Shown piece after piece: positions 40,171 through 52,830 of a stretch of DNA of 64,000 nt. The position numbers were made by a program, and so were the translations under genes. This DNA is from Iphione sp. A-MEVVRFRX5 (lineage: Eukaryota), in NCBI GenBank assembly GCA_976226885.1, contig OZ320317.1:47120001-47184000 (forward strand). The letters are read 5' to 3'. How positions within the stretch are numbered: the stretch's first letter is position 1; each line of letters begins with the position of its first letter. The notes under the pieces are model-generated. The model did not search any database. It was given only the letters and a program-made list of their open reading frames with translations, and had not been told where the DNA came from.

Positions 40171-43100
40171 GCTAATCAGGCTATGTCCAGCCAGCCAAGA
40201 GAGGCTGACGTTGGTGGTAGAAGCTAGCAGTAGGAGAGGATAGAACTACCCTAAGGCAAGGGAGATAAGCGTTAGCGAAATGAGCCACAGCGACGAGGGA
40301 GTCGATACTGTTTGCTCGTAGTTAAAAGGCGCGAGCTTGTTAAGAGCAGCCTGTCTGGCTGTGCTGTATACTACAACCAGTATGCAGGCACAAAGCATCA
40401 GTGTGCAGTCGCTCTAAGTAATTCACTTCAGGCTTAGATAGTGTGTTGACTAGCATTCGGTTGTGTGCTCTTCCGTATCAGCTTTCTTTCCGCAGATGTT
40501 TGTGAACTTTAACGGCATCGCATTGAGAGCCATATATTATCTAGTTTGGACAACAAATTGACCATCTGTGCAAATTTAATGATTTATTGGATGCATAAAC
40601 GTGTTCTGAAAATCAAGAGGACCAATCAGTAAGACACGAAATGTCCCAACCGTGGCGTTTACAAATTTCTGGATGGGCCAGCTGCTGATTGCGCAGCGAC
40701 CTACTTACATTAGACAACAGGTGTTGCATGAATTTTCACTAAATTTTCTTTTGGACTTGTGGACAGCTATCTGAATATTGTTTAAAAAATGATACAAAAC
40801 GGTGTACATCTCTGACATTTTGAGTCAGTGCCAATCTACATTCAGTGTATCTGTCAATACCTATATACTTGCAGCCGCGATTTTGGATGGCTTACCACGT
40901 GACATTCAAAGACTTCAGTGCCAACCATAGGGGATTGGAGATACAGGTGGCCTGGGATGCCGCACCATCTCCTCCGACCAGTATGACTAATCTTGCCCCC
41001 CCCCCTTTACTTTGACCGATAATTCACACAACCAGTGTTTGAAGAGAAAACCGGAAGCTGGCCACACGTGGTGGATGTGCGCATTCGCTCCGCTGGTGCC
41101 ACCTCTCTCTAGTACGGCCATTTATAAAATGCTGAGTCATGGCCGACCTTCAACTCGATCTGGGCGCCGCAACCTTTGACCTCTGGCCGAGGACCTTCGC
41201 TTGCAAGCTGCCTGGGAATAGCAACATGCGGACACCGTGTGGTCAGCCGGAAAATGTAAAGTGGACGGAATGGGGCCATCGAGAATTGGAAACGTTGATC
41301 TGCCCTGGGATTGTGCGTTTGTTCTACGCCATTACGAAAGGGGGGGGGGGGCTGGCGATGTGGTAAATAATGTGCATGGTGTTGAGTCAAGATTCTACTA
41401 CTTGGAAGACTGAGTGTACCGACGGTTCTCAGCGACCAGGTTGGCACCTGGTAGCTTGTTGGACACGCCGCCACAGGTGTTTGGTCATGGCCAACCTGTT
41501 GGGCGACGGTTCGGCCGCGAAGGTTACCTTGACAGGTGGAAGGATGTGCCCACACGGCCTTCCTGACTACTAAGCAGGGACCCTTATGATCTTCCCACGC
41601 GGCCGTACAAACCTGGATCTCATCGGAGGATGTAAAAACCTTACGGCTATTCTCCACGAAAAATCCGTCAGAAATGGCATTGTTTAAATAAAAGTCGTCG
41701 AAGAGTATGCAGACGGCGCATTCGAAAACATCAGTCCTAGTGCGTCTGGAAGCTTTCCATTCGTATGCCTGCAGGCGAAACTGTAACAGCTTTGTAAATA
41801 ATACAAGCTATGCAGTAAAATAAAATGATATTTGCTGTATATAGTCCGGCTAGGCGGCTTGTGGCTGCTCAAACTCCAGCCTCGTTGACCTCTCTCTCCC
41901 CTCAGCACGGTTCGCCTTCGGGCAACGGATCTCTCTCCATATTTATACAGCAAACCTCCGTCTGCCTGGATGTATGTGCGTCTCTGCGGCTGCTAACCGT
42001 AAAATGGGAGCTCGCAGGGAGGAAACCGTAGAAGATGATATATAGTAGCTTGCCTGTTAGACTTGGGAGTTGAATGTAAGGGTGAGCGAGACAGATGAAC
42101 GGCTAGGATGGTAATGATGGATGGTGGCATCGGCATATTGATATAATGAACTACTTAAGCAAGTCTTAGGAATCTTATGTCTTTTCTTATATCTTGTATG
42201 TAGACTTGGTATGGCGTCAGATTATTATTGATAGTCCGGTAATGTGTAATGTGTTACCGGATAGTGGTAATGTGAACAGTCCGAGTTGGCTGCGAGAGAC
42301 GGCAGACCTTGAAGGATCAGGCCTGGAAACCTAGAACCAGGGCTCGACGTTTTAGTACGGCGACGGCAGTGATTACCTCTGATGAAATACCGGTCAATTG
42401 TTCCATATGAGGAGTAGTAAATGATGCCTATTTTTGTTTCATGTACTACTGGCGGTCATCGGCTGCATCTCGTACGGCGAAGATCATTCAGAAACGTCAT
42501 TACGGCCACGGAGACACTGCGGGCGGGCGGCGATTCGAGAATCGGGGGGGGGGGGAGTGTATTAACGCAGCGGTCAACGTTAAGATGTTATCCTTAGGGC
42601 TTGCCCGGGGTCCTAAGACCATGATGTGATTATCGCCCGGGGCTGTAAGTCTAGATGAAGACCTCAGCCTGATGGGCCACCTACTCATAATTCTGTTAAT
42701 AAAAGAGGATCAGGGGCCAAAGCAGTTGGCGCGGGGCTAATGGCGTGGGACTTGCATGGTAGCAGCTTAAGTCGGATTCAGCCGCCCATTTTTATGTGCT
42801 GCATTTATTAAAGCTTAGGAAGGAGTCTTTGCCAAGGGGACGTATTTGTATGCTGTATAGCCACTCTGGTAGCCCGAAATAGATTTTTGATGATTATTTA
42901 TTATTTATCGTGATGTGAACCTAAAGACACATTGGTCAATAAACGTTGGCGAAATCACTCCATTACAAGTGATTATTATGTAACAGCTTCCAGTCCGACT
43001 TCCTCCTTCCACCTGTTGGTTTACTGAAACCTTCTCTATGGCCCTCCCAAGACGTTTAGCTCGGCGCCATTTTAGCATTGCTTTAATTTCTTCGTACATC

Positions 43101-44039
43101 TCTCTTTCCTCCTTTCCGGCAATGTGGGGCTTGTTAAGCGTACTTTCCGCTATAGTGCAGGGTATAATCTGACCTAATTTGAGACTTCTCTTTGCCGACA
43201 GAGTGGCACGTCTATAGCTTGCTGGTGCCCTTAGTCACAATTATAACCTTAGCTATAACTGTGGTTCTATTCTCCTGGTCAGCTATGTGGTCCTTGTTGA
43301 GCTCTAGTCTAGAGTATAGCCTTAGGTAGCTGCGTAACGTCGGGATCCCCTCTGCTCTCCAAACACACTGAGATTCGGCTCAGGTGCTGCCATCAACAAC
43401 AGCCAACGCTGGCTTCTAGGGCAAGAAAGCCTCCCCCCCGGCCGCCCGACCTGGCCAAGCAGTAGCTTGCACTCATTCGACAGGTGTTTTATACGAGGGT
43501 AGGAGGTCTTTTGTCAGACTGGAGTTACTCTCCCGAGTTCCTAGTAGGCTGAAATCGTCCAGCGGGCGCCGCCTGCCAAGTGCTGCGGGTGACACTGCTA
43601 TTCCATGGCACCAATGTCTGGTGCAGCCCGTAATTGGTATGCGGCGAGCGGTCGTCAAGTCTGCGATAGGCAGCAGCGGTGGCAGTAGTAGTGGTAGTAG
43701 CACTTGTAGAGGTAGTAGTAGTCGTCGTTTGGAGGCTGGGGCCATCTTCGTCTGGGCGAGTAGTTCTGTCCTGACGAGGTGGCCGCCGAGGGACCCTGCA
43801 AGATGGAATAAATACAAGATCTAATTGAATGTCTTCTCGGAGATGACGGCAGCAGCCCCACGACCACTGACCTGCATGCCGTTTTTTTATTCTCTGCTCT
43901 TCCCCCCAGGGGGGAACAGATGAGATGCAGCGGAACTCAGTGAACAGTCAAAGTTGGATTGCTTCTAGAGAGCTAGTAGATAATTTATAGAGAGAGGTTT
44001 GGAGCAAGCCATGCAGTAAAACGCTCCGAGGTAATTCTA

Positions 44040-44519
44040 AGGCCTATACATTAGAACCACGGAAGTTTGTTGGTGGGCAATAGTTGAGGAATCACTCGGT
44101 AGATATTAAAGCAGCTGTTAACATTAAGACCAAAGGGGGGAAAAAGCTTTGAAATCTTTATTCTAACTGTCTGGGCAATCGTCCAGTTCTCATACTTTAA
44201 TGTGCTTTTTCATACTACTTGTCTCGCAGTAAAAATTCAGTATACGTCAAAACCGCTTATATTATGGTGCACCGGACCCAGGCCTATACATTAGAACCAC
44301 GGAAGTTTGTTGGTGGGCAATAGTTGAGGAGTCACTCGGTAGATATTAAAGCAGCTGTTAACATTAAGACCAAAGGGGGGAAAAAGCTTTGAAATCTTTA
44401 TTCTAACTGTCTGGGCCATCGTCCAGTTCTCATACTTTAATGTGCTTTTTCATACTACTTGTCTCACAGTAGAAATTCAGTATACGTCAAAACCGCTTAT
44501 ATTATGGTGCACCGGACCC
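44040..44519. repeat. 240-bp tandem duplication (2 copies, about 98% identical)
   Basis: 44040-44279 versus 44280-44519 align without gaps and show 4 substitutions by direct comparison. Confidence 0.97.
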
Positions 44520-45085
44520 TATAGACAACAGTCCTTGGATAGAGACTTAACTTATACTACATAGTGAGTTTACATGAATAACATATAAACATGTAAATGT
44601 AAACACACACATATACATGTATATATATATAAAATGTACATGAGTATATCGACTTCTCATAATGAACATGCACATGTATGCAGTCAGACTCCATTTATCG
44701 TGACCTTATTATCCGGAATGCCTCGTTATCTGGTTTAATTCTCTTGGTACAAATCATGAACTTAATGTACTTTAATGTCTGCCTTATCCGGATGTTCTAT
44801 TATATAGATGGAATTACCAGGAACAGAGACTATCCGGATCATGTTTTGACTATCCATGCATTTATCATTCATATTTTCATATTCAGTATCTTTATTCAAA
44901 TCAATTACCGTCATTCTATGATAGTTCCATTATAGCGAATCACAGATGGAATTTCTTTTTGGAGAACAACTTGAAAAGCTGTTGCTGCAGAGGTTTGAAT
45001 CACACAATATAATATTCACTTGTGCCTTTTTGGCACCGCCACTAAGAATGGCTGTTAAGCAAATGACGTCTTTGTGTCGTACAAG

Positions 45086-45152
45086 CTAATGTCTCCATTT
45101 TGATTTTTTCCAGGTAAGTGCCCCTCTCCGTTGTCTCCCATCGTCAGTAAGT
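45086..45152 (+). promoter_or_regulatory. Candidate recursive splice site with 33-nt RS-exon
   Basis: Branch-like CTAAT at 45086, gtctccattttgattttttcCAG|GTAAGT (CAG at 45111-45113). Second donor TCA|GTAAGT at 45147. Confidence 0.55.
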
Positions 45153-46305
45153 ACAAGCGATCCAGTCAAATGATAATCTAAGGAATCTCTGACTAAATAT
45201 GGAAAAGTATTCTAACCTACCAATTTTCTGTTACATTGCGATTAACTTTAGTCTCGGCTGCCTGCTATTCCATGGGATGTTACAAGTCTCAGAATTCGTC
45301 ATTTGACATGTCGACACCTCGTAAATTTGAAAGCTAATGACCATTGACAAGGCAGTCGACAGTGCATGAGGGTCTGGTAAAGACGGTAAGGGTGACCGGG
45401 TTGGTGCTGGTGGTGGTAGTGGGTGGGGGACCGTGTTGTCTTTGGGTTGTGGGTTCCCTGCGATGCGCCCGTCGTCACACACGCGGAGGGGCGTGTAATT
45501 GCGGCCATTACATTGACGGATAATGTGGATAATCGAAACTGTTTTTTAATACCCCTCCGTCAGTTAACGCTTTAGTTTCCATCACGAGAATGTTATAATT
45601 ACCTGCGGGGAATCTACCCCAACCCAACTAGTAAACCGTTTTGTTTTCTCTGCCTAATAGCTTTGAGGTCTAAATTAAATTGTCCTTTCATAAGCTACAC
45701 GGGATATGGAATACGACAATTTGTATGCGCCTGCTATGCTGCCAATCAGTTAGGCTTACCACCGTATAATTGTCCCAAGCCCGCGATCAGTGTAATATGC
45801 ACCCTTGTATAGTGGCGATATAGCCTGGATGGGCAGTCTCGCCCCACCCCCAAACCATTCTAAGTTATACTGAGGGTTTTAGAGGCAAGATGGCGTGCCT
45901 GTGGGTCGCCAGCAGGTCGTCTCGTGTACGTCTCCCTATCCAAGCCGGGGTTCAGGGGGGCAGAGGTCGACCGTCCGCCGCAGATACACATACATTTTGT
46001 ATGTGGACGCCGACCGCTGCTTACAACGCTTGTCAACAGGAGTGCCCCTGTAGTGCAATGCCGCCTGGCGGCCAGGCCATTGTGAAGCACAGTGATTGAC
46101 AGCTGGATCCAAAATTAATACGGCGCCTGGGTAGGGTGGCGCTCCCTCGCGGCCTGCTTATGTAGTAGTGCCGTTTAAAGGTAAAATTTATTCATTAATA
46201 CATTCCGTTCACTGTCCGCGGGTGTGGGAGTTGCTCTATAATTTGTTTATGTACAATTGTCTTTAATAATTAATTTCTCTATAGCCCCCCCCCCCCCCCG
46301 AACAG

Positions 46306-46335
46306 TTCGCTGTTACAAACAGGACACGCGTGCAG
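46306..46335 (+). CDS. Candidate 30-nt phase-1 symmetric exon (xRCYKQDTRA)
   Basis: C15 tract then gaacag acceptor, donor CAG|GTAGGA, open in phase 1. Confidence 0.25.
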
Positions 46336-49300
46336 GTAGGAAATTCGGCAGGGGTGTGATCACTCCTGTGGCCACACATACCTGAATGTCCCAGTGAAGT
46401 TTTTCCCATGTTTTGACAGGACATGGACTGGTACATGTATTAAAATGGGCTTGTAATATTCAACCTAACATGCTCCTGTGTGTTAACATGTTTATTTTTA
46501 GGCAGTACAGACCGGTGTACAAACTTGAAAAAAACGATCAGCCTTTATTTCAGCACTTCAGGGTTACTTTCCCATCACCTTATGAGACTTATTCCATCCT
46601 TTATCATCACTGTATTCGAAGCCTCCAGTGCTCTCATACAGTAGTGAATATTGTTTTTGATAACGCCCTGCGCTACAAGGGCGCCGCCTGCGGGTCGGCA
46701 AGGGGATGACGAATGTATCCCCTGGCGCCATCTTGTGGGGTCTGTGCGAGTTACTGGTAGCTCGGACAAGAGACTCCGCTACTGCTCTGGTGCTTTTTTG
46801 CTTGTCATTGTATTGTTGGGAATGATGGTTTCATCTTCGATATGACCTCCCCTGGGCTATTCCAACAAGCAGATAACGTATATATGTATAGCGCCACTCC
46901 CCGTAGAATTCTATATACGGGTCAAGTATACCACCGTGGAAAAGCCTACCAGGCCAAAATGATCTAATTGTGTGGAGTTTGTCTCGTGTTTTTTTCCTTA
47001 TTATTGTTTGAGTCCGGATTGTATTTTTTGGCTAGAAAATTGTGACTGCCCCTGCTATATCAAACGCCTTTACATTGAGATGCCCGCCTTGGTTGTTGAC
47101 ACACATCTGTCCTTGCCTACTGGTAAACACAGGCTTGACACAGCACAGCAGAGGTGCATATATGTATTTAATATCGTCTCGTCTCTTGAGTCCACCATAC
47201 ATGTTTGAACACGACTGTATTGTTCTGTCCGCCCCTGTACGTCTGTCCTACCCCCTAATTCTTTGCCTCCTCATCGGCTCAGTCCTTCCCTATGCCCCCC
47301 ATTCTCTCCCTCCCTCCCTCCCCCCACCCCCTGCCTTGCTCCCTACTTTTCCGTCTCCCTCCTAGCACGACAGTCCTTTGAAAAGAAGATTCACGATTTC
47401 CTCGTCAAATTCTTAAGCCGAGGTAGGGGCATTTTCTGACTTCTGGTGGTGTCTGATTGGGCGGCAGTGCACATTCCGTTGACGTACATTGACCACAAAA
47501 ATGTATGCTATGGTTGGCTATCACCCGAAGGGGTGCGTAGGAGTGGTATGCTGTGTGCAACGTGTTGGTACGTTGGCTGTAGGTCGATGTGTGAATGAAT
47601 GTATGAATTTAAAGTTTATTGTGCCACAGTATTATATGTGTACCTGTAAATGAGATGTATGTATGCATTTAGTGTCTGGCGTAGAAAATATTGAATAGCA
47701 TGTTGGCTGCTAAGAACAGACTTCTGTCTGACTCGCTCACTGTGTGTATATGTATGAATGTTGGATAGTAAGAGTGTGTGACTGTGTGTGTGCATGTACA
47801 TCCCTGCTGGATACAGCATATTAAAGAGCGTGTTGGCTTGGTAAAAGTAGCGGAATCTAAGTGTATTTGTATAAGTGTGTATAATAACAAATTTACATTA
47901 CAAAGTCAGACAGGGATTTTTTTGCACGGTATTAGCCTCATATACAACAATAATAACAAAGATGTACAGATATGCGGCTTTTATGATATACTACTACATC
48001 ACTGTAACGAAGTTATAAGTTCACTGCGTGGACTTCTAAGTGAAGAAAGTGTCAGATTGACTTAATATCTGCATGCGGATGCCTCTAAAGGAGACCTCGA
48101 CGACTCGTAAATATATGTTAATGAACATCAGCGCACCACCGTGACCAGACAAAAAAGAGAGAATATTACCGCCTCATTCTCTTCGATGTTTAGACACAAA
48201 GGTTATCCTTACGTACGCTGGTGATGAGCTATAGGGATAGGCGAGTCTTCTCAGGAAGATTTCCTTCATATTGCCCTCGAAACGAACCGATGCACCCCCC
48301 CCCCCAGGTTCACCTCCTCTGAATGGGGCGGGGCCTGTTGACACGGTTTAAGCAGGGCGGTCTTGCTTGATAAGCAGTGGTGCATACGTTGGTCAGAACA
48401 AACCATTGGATTTTTTCAGTCATGTAGAATGCTCTATTATTTACACGTGTTATTAATGTTCCGTCTTTTCCAGTGACAAGCGTGTAGTATGTAGTGTTGA
48501 GGATCAGGATATGTCTGCACCTGTATTCTGATTGTGTGTAATGTATTATTATAAGTATTCCCTTGGTCGTGTATCTAGTCTTTTCACCGAGCTGTAGTCG
48601 TTTCTATACTTTGCACGTCTCAAGTGGTTCTCACCAGAAACGTTAGATGCTTAGCCTATGGCGCCATCTGTAGGAAAGGCTGTGACGATCGTTTGCTCTA
48701 CATGTATATTGAACGATCCTGTATCGTGGCTGTTTCACCTTTATGAGCAGGACTATCGATAGAATCCGTCATTTTATCAAAATCACCCAATCCGTGAATG
48801 ACATGATATCAGACTTTTTCCCCGAGACACACACTTGGCCCATCTTAGTACTCAGCTTATCCTAAAGGTGGCAGATTAATGACCAAGTAGCGATAGTAGT
48901 ATCTTGTATCTTGTAGCGGTCACCATCGAGTCCTCAGGTGAAAAAGCCGTCAGCATGTATGTGTATATACAGCACACTGTATGCTGTTTATCTGTGGTCA
49001 TAGTACAAATATAGAATTTCTTCCTTCGTTTCTTACTTTTCGTTCTCCTGCGTACCATGTACAGTACCCAAACTTATTTTGGATCTTTCCACTGTCACTG
49101 GACACGTGTTGTTGTGACAGCCCACTTTGTTCCACACTGTGCCCCTCCCCGCTCACCCACCCACCCATTCCATCTCCTGGGACAAGCTTTGAGGTGATAA
49201 TTAAATCCTGTAGCACAACTATAATACAATCGACGTGCGTCACGTGGCCAGTCTGCGCGTTCCTTTTGTCTACTAATTACTGCTTGGGTTATCAAGGGAC

Positions 49301-49922
49301 CAGTTACAGAGGATGGACCTGAGTCATCGGTAGGTTGACCGCAGGGTGCAGTTGATGGGGAGGGGGCTGGCAGGGCGGTTGAGAGGGGGGGGGGTCTCCT
49401 CCCTACACCTTGTGAGCCATGTACCCGGAGGCTCAAAGAAACGTTTACATGGTACTTAGCAGCCTAATGCCATTTGACGCCCGATTGATATAATTGATTT
49501 ATAACATTTGAAATGGCGTGGATAATTAGTTATTGCTCCCTTTTCGTCGGATGGCCGACTCAGTAAGGGGTATACACATGCATGTAGTTTTAATTGCCAT
49601 ATACATGTACATTGTTTTCCATGAATGTAGCCACCATAGAACCAAATTATATTGTGAATAGAAAAGAAGAAAAACCGAAGGTGAAGAAATAGACTCTTCC
49701 TTTTTGTATTAAGAAGGGGGTTTGGTATACATCCATTTCTGTTCGATTTGTTTGAATGATTCTTTTTTCGTTCGTTTCGAACACCCTCATTCCCTCAACA
49801 CCAGTTCGTCTCCCATTACCACAACAGCCAAGACTGCAAATTGGCAGACGTATAGGTTCTGGTTGTTGTTACAAAGTAATCCCCATTGTTGGCTGACTTC
49901 TCTGGGTCCTGTTTATCGATAG

Positions 49923-49927
49923 GCCTT
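49923..49927 (+). other. Candidate 5-nt micro-exon GCCTT
   Basis: CTGAC at 49893-49897, ttctctgggtcctgtttatcgatag acceptor, GTAAGT donor at 49928. Confidence 0.3.
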
Positions 49928-50501
49928 GTAAGTTGTTGATTCATCGGCGAAACACCAGAGGGCAGTCTTCACATATGAGTCACTCGCATGACTCAGCGAG
50001 CTGCTCAAGAAAGTTAGGGTTAAACCAAGGTTCCCGTGTCAGACATCATCCTACAACGTTTGTTCAACTGTGTCTTTTTATGCCAAGGACGTCTCTAATA
50101 ACATAACATTTACAGTTGGAGTGCATAATTTTTTTACATTCAGTTCTTCAACAAACCGTTGATCCTCGACTGCTATATAAGAACACGAATTTCTTGTTAT
50201 GCGATGCAAAGCGAGGTACATAGTCTTACGTCAGATGTATGTACAGTTATACGTTTGTGACTAGAGAACGTCCCCGCAACCCCATGGCCTTTTATCGGTC
50301 GGGAACTTCTGTGGGATCGGCTTGCGCTGATATTCTCAATGCAAGTTTTTTTTTTTTTGTAATAATATCCTTAATGCGTGCGTGAGAAATAAACATTTTG
50401 TTAAAGAACAAAACAAACTGTTCTTCATCTGTTATTGTGAAGGGATATTTTAGGCACTTAGCTTACTCTGCCCACTCATTTATATATATATAAGAAACAA
50501 A

Positions 50502-50502
<1 letters not shown>

Positions 50503-50550
<48 letters not shown>
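50503..50550. repeat. (AC)24 microsatellite
   Basis: Perfect AC run. Confidence 0.97.
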
Positions 50551-50555
<5 letters not shown>

Positions 50556-51740
50556 CTGGAGACAACACCATGTCACCATTGGACAGAGAAATAAACCCCA
50601 GTTAGCCGTATGTACATATGTAGGTAGTATACTGAAATGAGGATGTTATGGCCATACAGTGTACATACTTGTAAGCAGTGGTGCTTGTCGCTGGCGTGTA
50701 ACGTCAGTATGTATTTGGAGCTTCTGCATCGAACTTCCCCTTTGATCACCACACTGTGGTAAGAAATATCCGGCCTTTGTGTGCTCTCTCTTAACTGCTC
50801 GCTACCACGGTCTGCTTTAACGTTACCTGTAGGCAACTTTGTGCCGTATGATAGTCTTTTGGGGTTGAGTCGAGACATGCGAGTGTAGAGATTAGTGTCT
50901 CTTGTGAATAGTACGGAAATAGACTCAGACTAGACGTGTACAGGTACTGTGGAAGTTTTAAGTATAAGCAGTGGAGGTAGGGTCCCGGGAAATTACCCTC
51001 ATCAAACTTTGTTTGAAATATTCATTGAAATAAATTTGTCTTATCATTAATTGCGTTACCGCAGTAATGTTCGCACTACCTCATCAAAAACCTCCTCGAT
51101 CCGTACATCTCCATTCTTAATATGGTAAAAACGGGCTTCCACCCACAAAACATGTAAGACTCACGTATCGATCGTCCACCCTTTGAATATACATGGGAAT
51201 ACATTGTCATTGTCATGATTGAAACGGTTGTAACCGAAAACCTGTACCTCTCATAGGGCATCACATCCAACAAAGTTTACAGCACCAAGAACGCAGTTCC
51301 ATTTCTGTTTGGTGGCAACGGAAACACACTAGTTTCATACAAACAGGCAGGCAAGTCGACTCAGAGCGTACATCACTCCCGCTTGTCATTATTTATGGCA
51401 GATTGCCCCGTGAACAACTGATTAATCGCTAACATGTCGTTACAAGCCCGTTATGAACCTCGGTTGGTTTATGGTTAGGAACGCTCGTCACCACCAGCCT
51501 CCAATTGATGGAGGGAACAGGTGGGAGGGAATGCTGAGCAATTTGACTAGCTCTTTCACAGCAGGCGCCGCTTAAACCCCCACGATTAAAGGAATCTTTT
51601 TTATTAAATGTTTCACCCCTCCTTACAGGTTCCTTTGTCACAGAAGTCTCCAACAGACTTTCTTGTAAGCTGTTTTAGGTAGATTGCGAGTGAATTTTAT
51701 TTGGATGCAAACTTGAGTAGATGTTTTCACTGTGACTTGG

Positions 51741-51871
51741 NNNNNNNNNNNNNNNNNNNNNNNNNNNNNNNNNNNNNNNNNNNNNNNNNNNNNNNNNNNN
51801 NNNNNNNNNNNNNNNNNNNNNNNNNNNNNNNNNNNNNNNNNNNNNNNNNNNNNNNNNNNNNNNNNNNNNNN
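51741..51871. other. Assembly gap (131 N)
   Basis: Run of N. Confidence 1.
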
Positions 51872-52582
51872 TCTATCACGTTAACTGTTAGTATGTACAC
51901 GTATACGCGTGGATGTGGCCGGTGTATGTGTATCTGAGGTAAATCCTGGCGCCTTGCCGTGACTGGCCTGAACTCGCTTTCCACGTCTCCGGATTAAATA
52001 TTGAAGGGGATAGGCTCCGTGTACATACCCGTGTATGTACGTGTACGTGTGTCTGTGTGTTATGTCTCCCCCTTTTACGGAGGCCAAGTCTTTTCCTCTT
52101 TTGTAGTGTCCAGCTCAAAGAAAGCTTCTCCAGTCCGAGCTGTTCCTATAGAGCACTTTACAACTCAAGCCACCAGAAGGCGCTCGAGCAGCACCTTCAC
52201 TCAGTGGCTCCACCTCGTAGCGTGATCGGCGATGACGGTAATGTGCTGGCGGAGAGTTGCCCGCCCAAAGGACATCTTAAGTTGTTAATCATTGATGGGT
52301 TCCTGCTAGCGGCGAGTTCATCTAGATAAGGGGTCGCAGCCTGCCCAGAAGATGAAAATGGATGCAGGTGCCTTTTAATGCTGAGGGCAACGGTCTGACA
52401 CGCCACATCTCTGGTAGACATGGAGTGCGTGGATACTTGTAGCATTTATTTCAGTAAACATACATTGGCGCCCATCACTGCATAATTGCACTGATCGAGG
52501 CTTTGAAATGTCTCATGTCAAAATGGCAGAATGTATAGTGATTTTTAATAGATTGTTATGTAAGTAGCCATGTTTTCAGAAT

Positions 52583-52830
52583 GGGAAGTTAGCTCATTGG
52601 TAAGAGTGCTGACTAACACCAGTCTATTGATTCAGAGGTTGCAGGTTCAATCCTGGGTCCAGGACTCTTGAACATGTCCACTATGCGCAAAACACCCTAG
52701 ACACCTGTTTAAAATAAGAGAGGGGGCAACCCCAGGTAGTATGGTCTCTCAATTCTCAATAATAGATGCTAGTATGCTACCCAAAGAGGATATAGAAGAA
52801 TGGCTAAAACAATAGCTGAATATCTAGTTC
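52583..52830 (+). mobile_element. tRNA-derived SINE-like element or tRNA pseudogene (tRNA head about 52583-52663; 3' boundary uncertain)
   Basis: Pol III A-box TAGCTCATTGG at 52590-52600, D-stem GCTC/GAGT, B-box-like GGTTCAATCC at 52644-52653 with a CAGG/CCTG stem. No acceptor-stem pairing, and extra bases in the anticodon region. Confidence 0.6.

Noticed and set aside
41109-41657. 182-aa minus-strand ORF and the two in-frame plus-strand ORFs opposite it
   Set aside because: No recognisable motif and no convincing splice sites. A G12 run sits in the middle, and GC-rich decayed sequence often has long open frames.
43867-44036. Exon after the very strong acceptor at 43909
   Set aside because: With the best donor (44031) all three frames contain stops, and nearer donors are weak. 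It could be a non-coding or terminal exon but cannot be supported.
44040-44519. CRISPR-like or satellite array
   Set aside because: Only two copies of a 240-bp unit, with no repeat-spacer alternation and no cas genes. The other short direct repeats also occur only twice.
52583-52663. Functional tRNA gene
   Set aside because: No acceptor-stem pairing and a 6-nt T-loop, so it was called SINE-like or a pseudogene instead.
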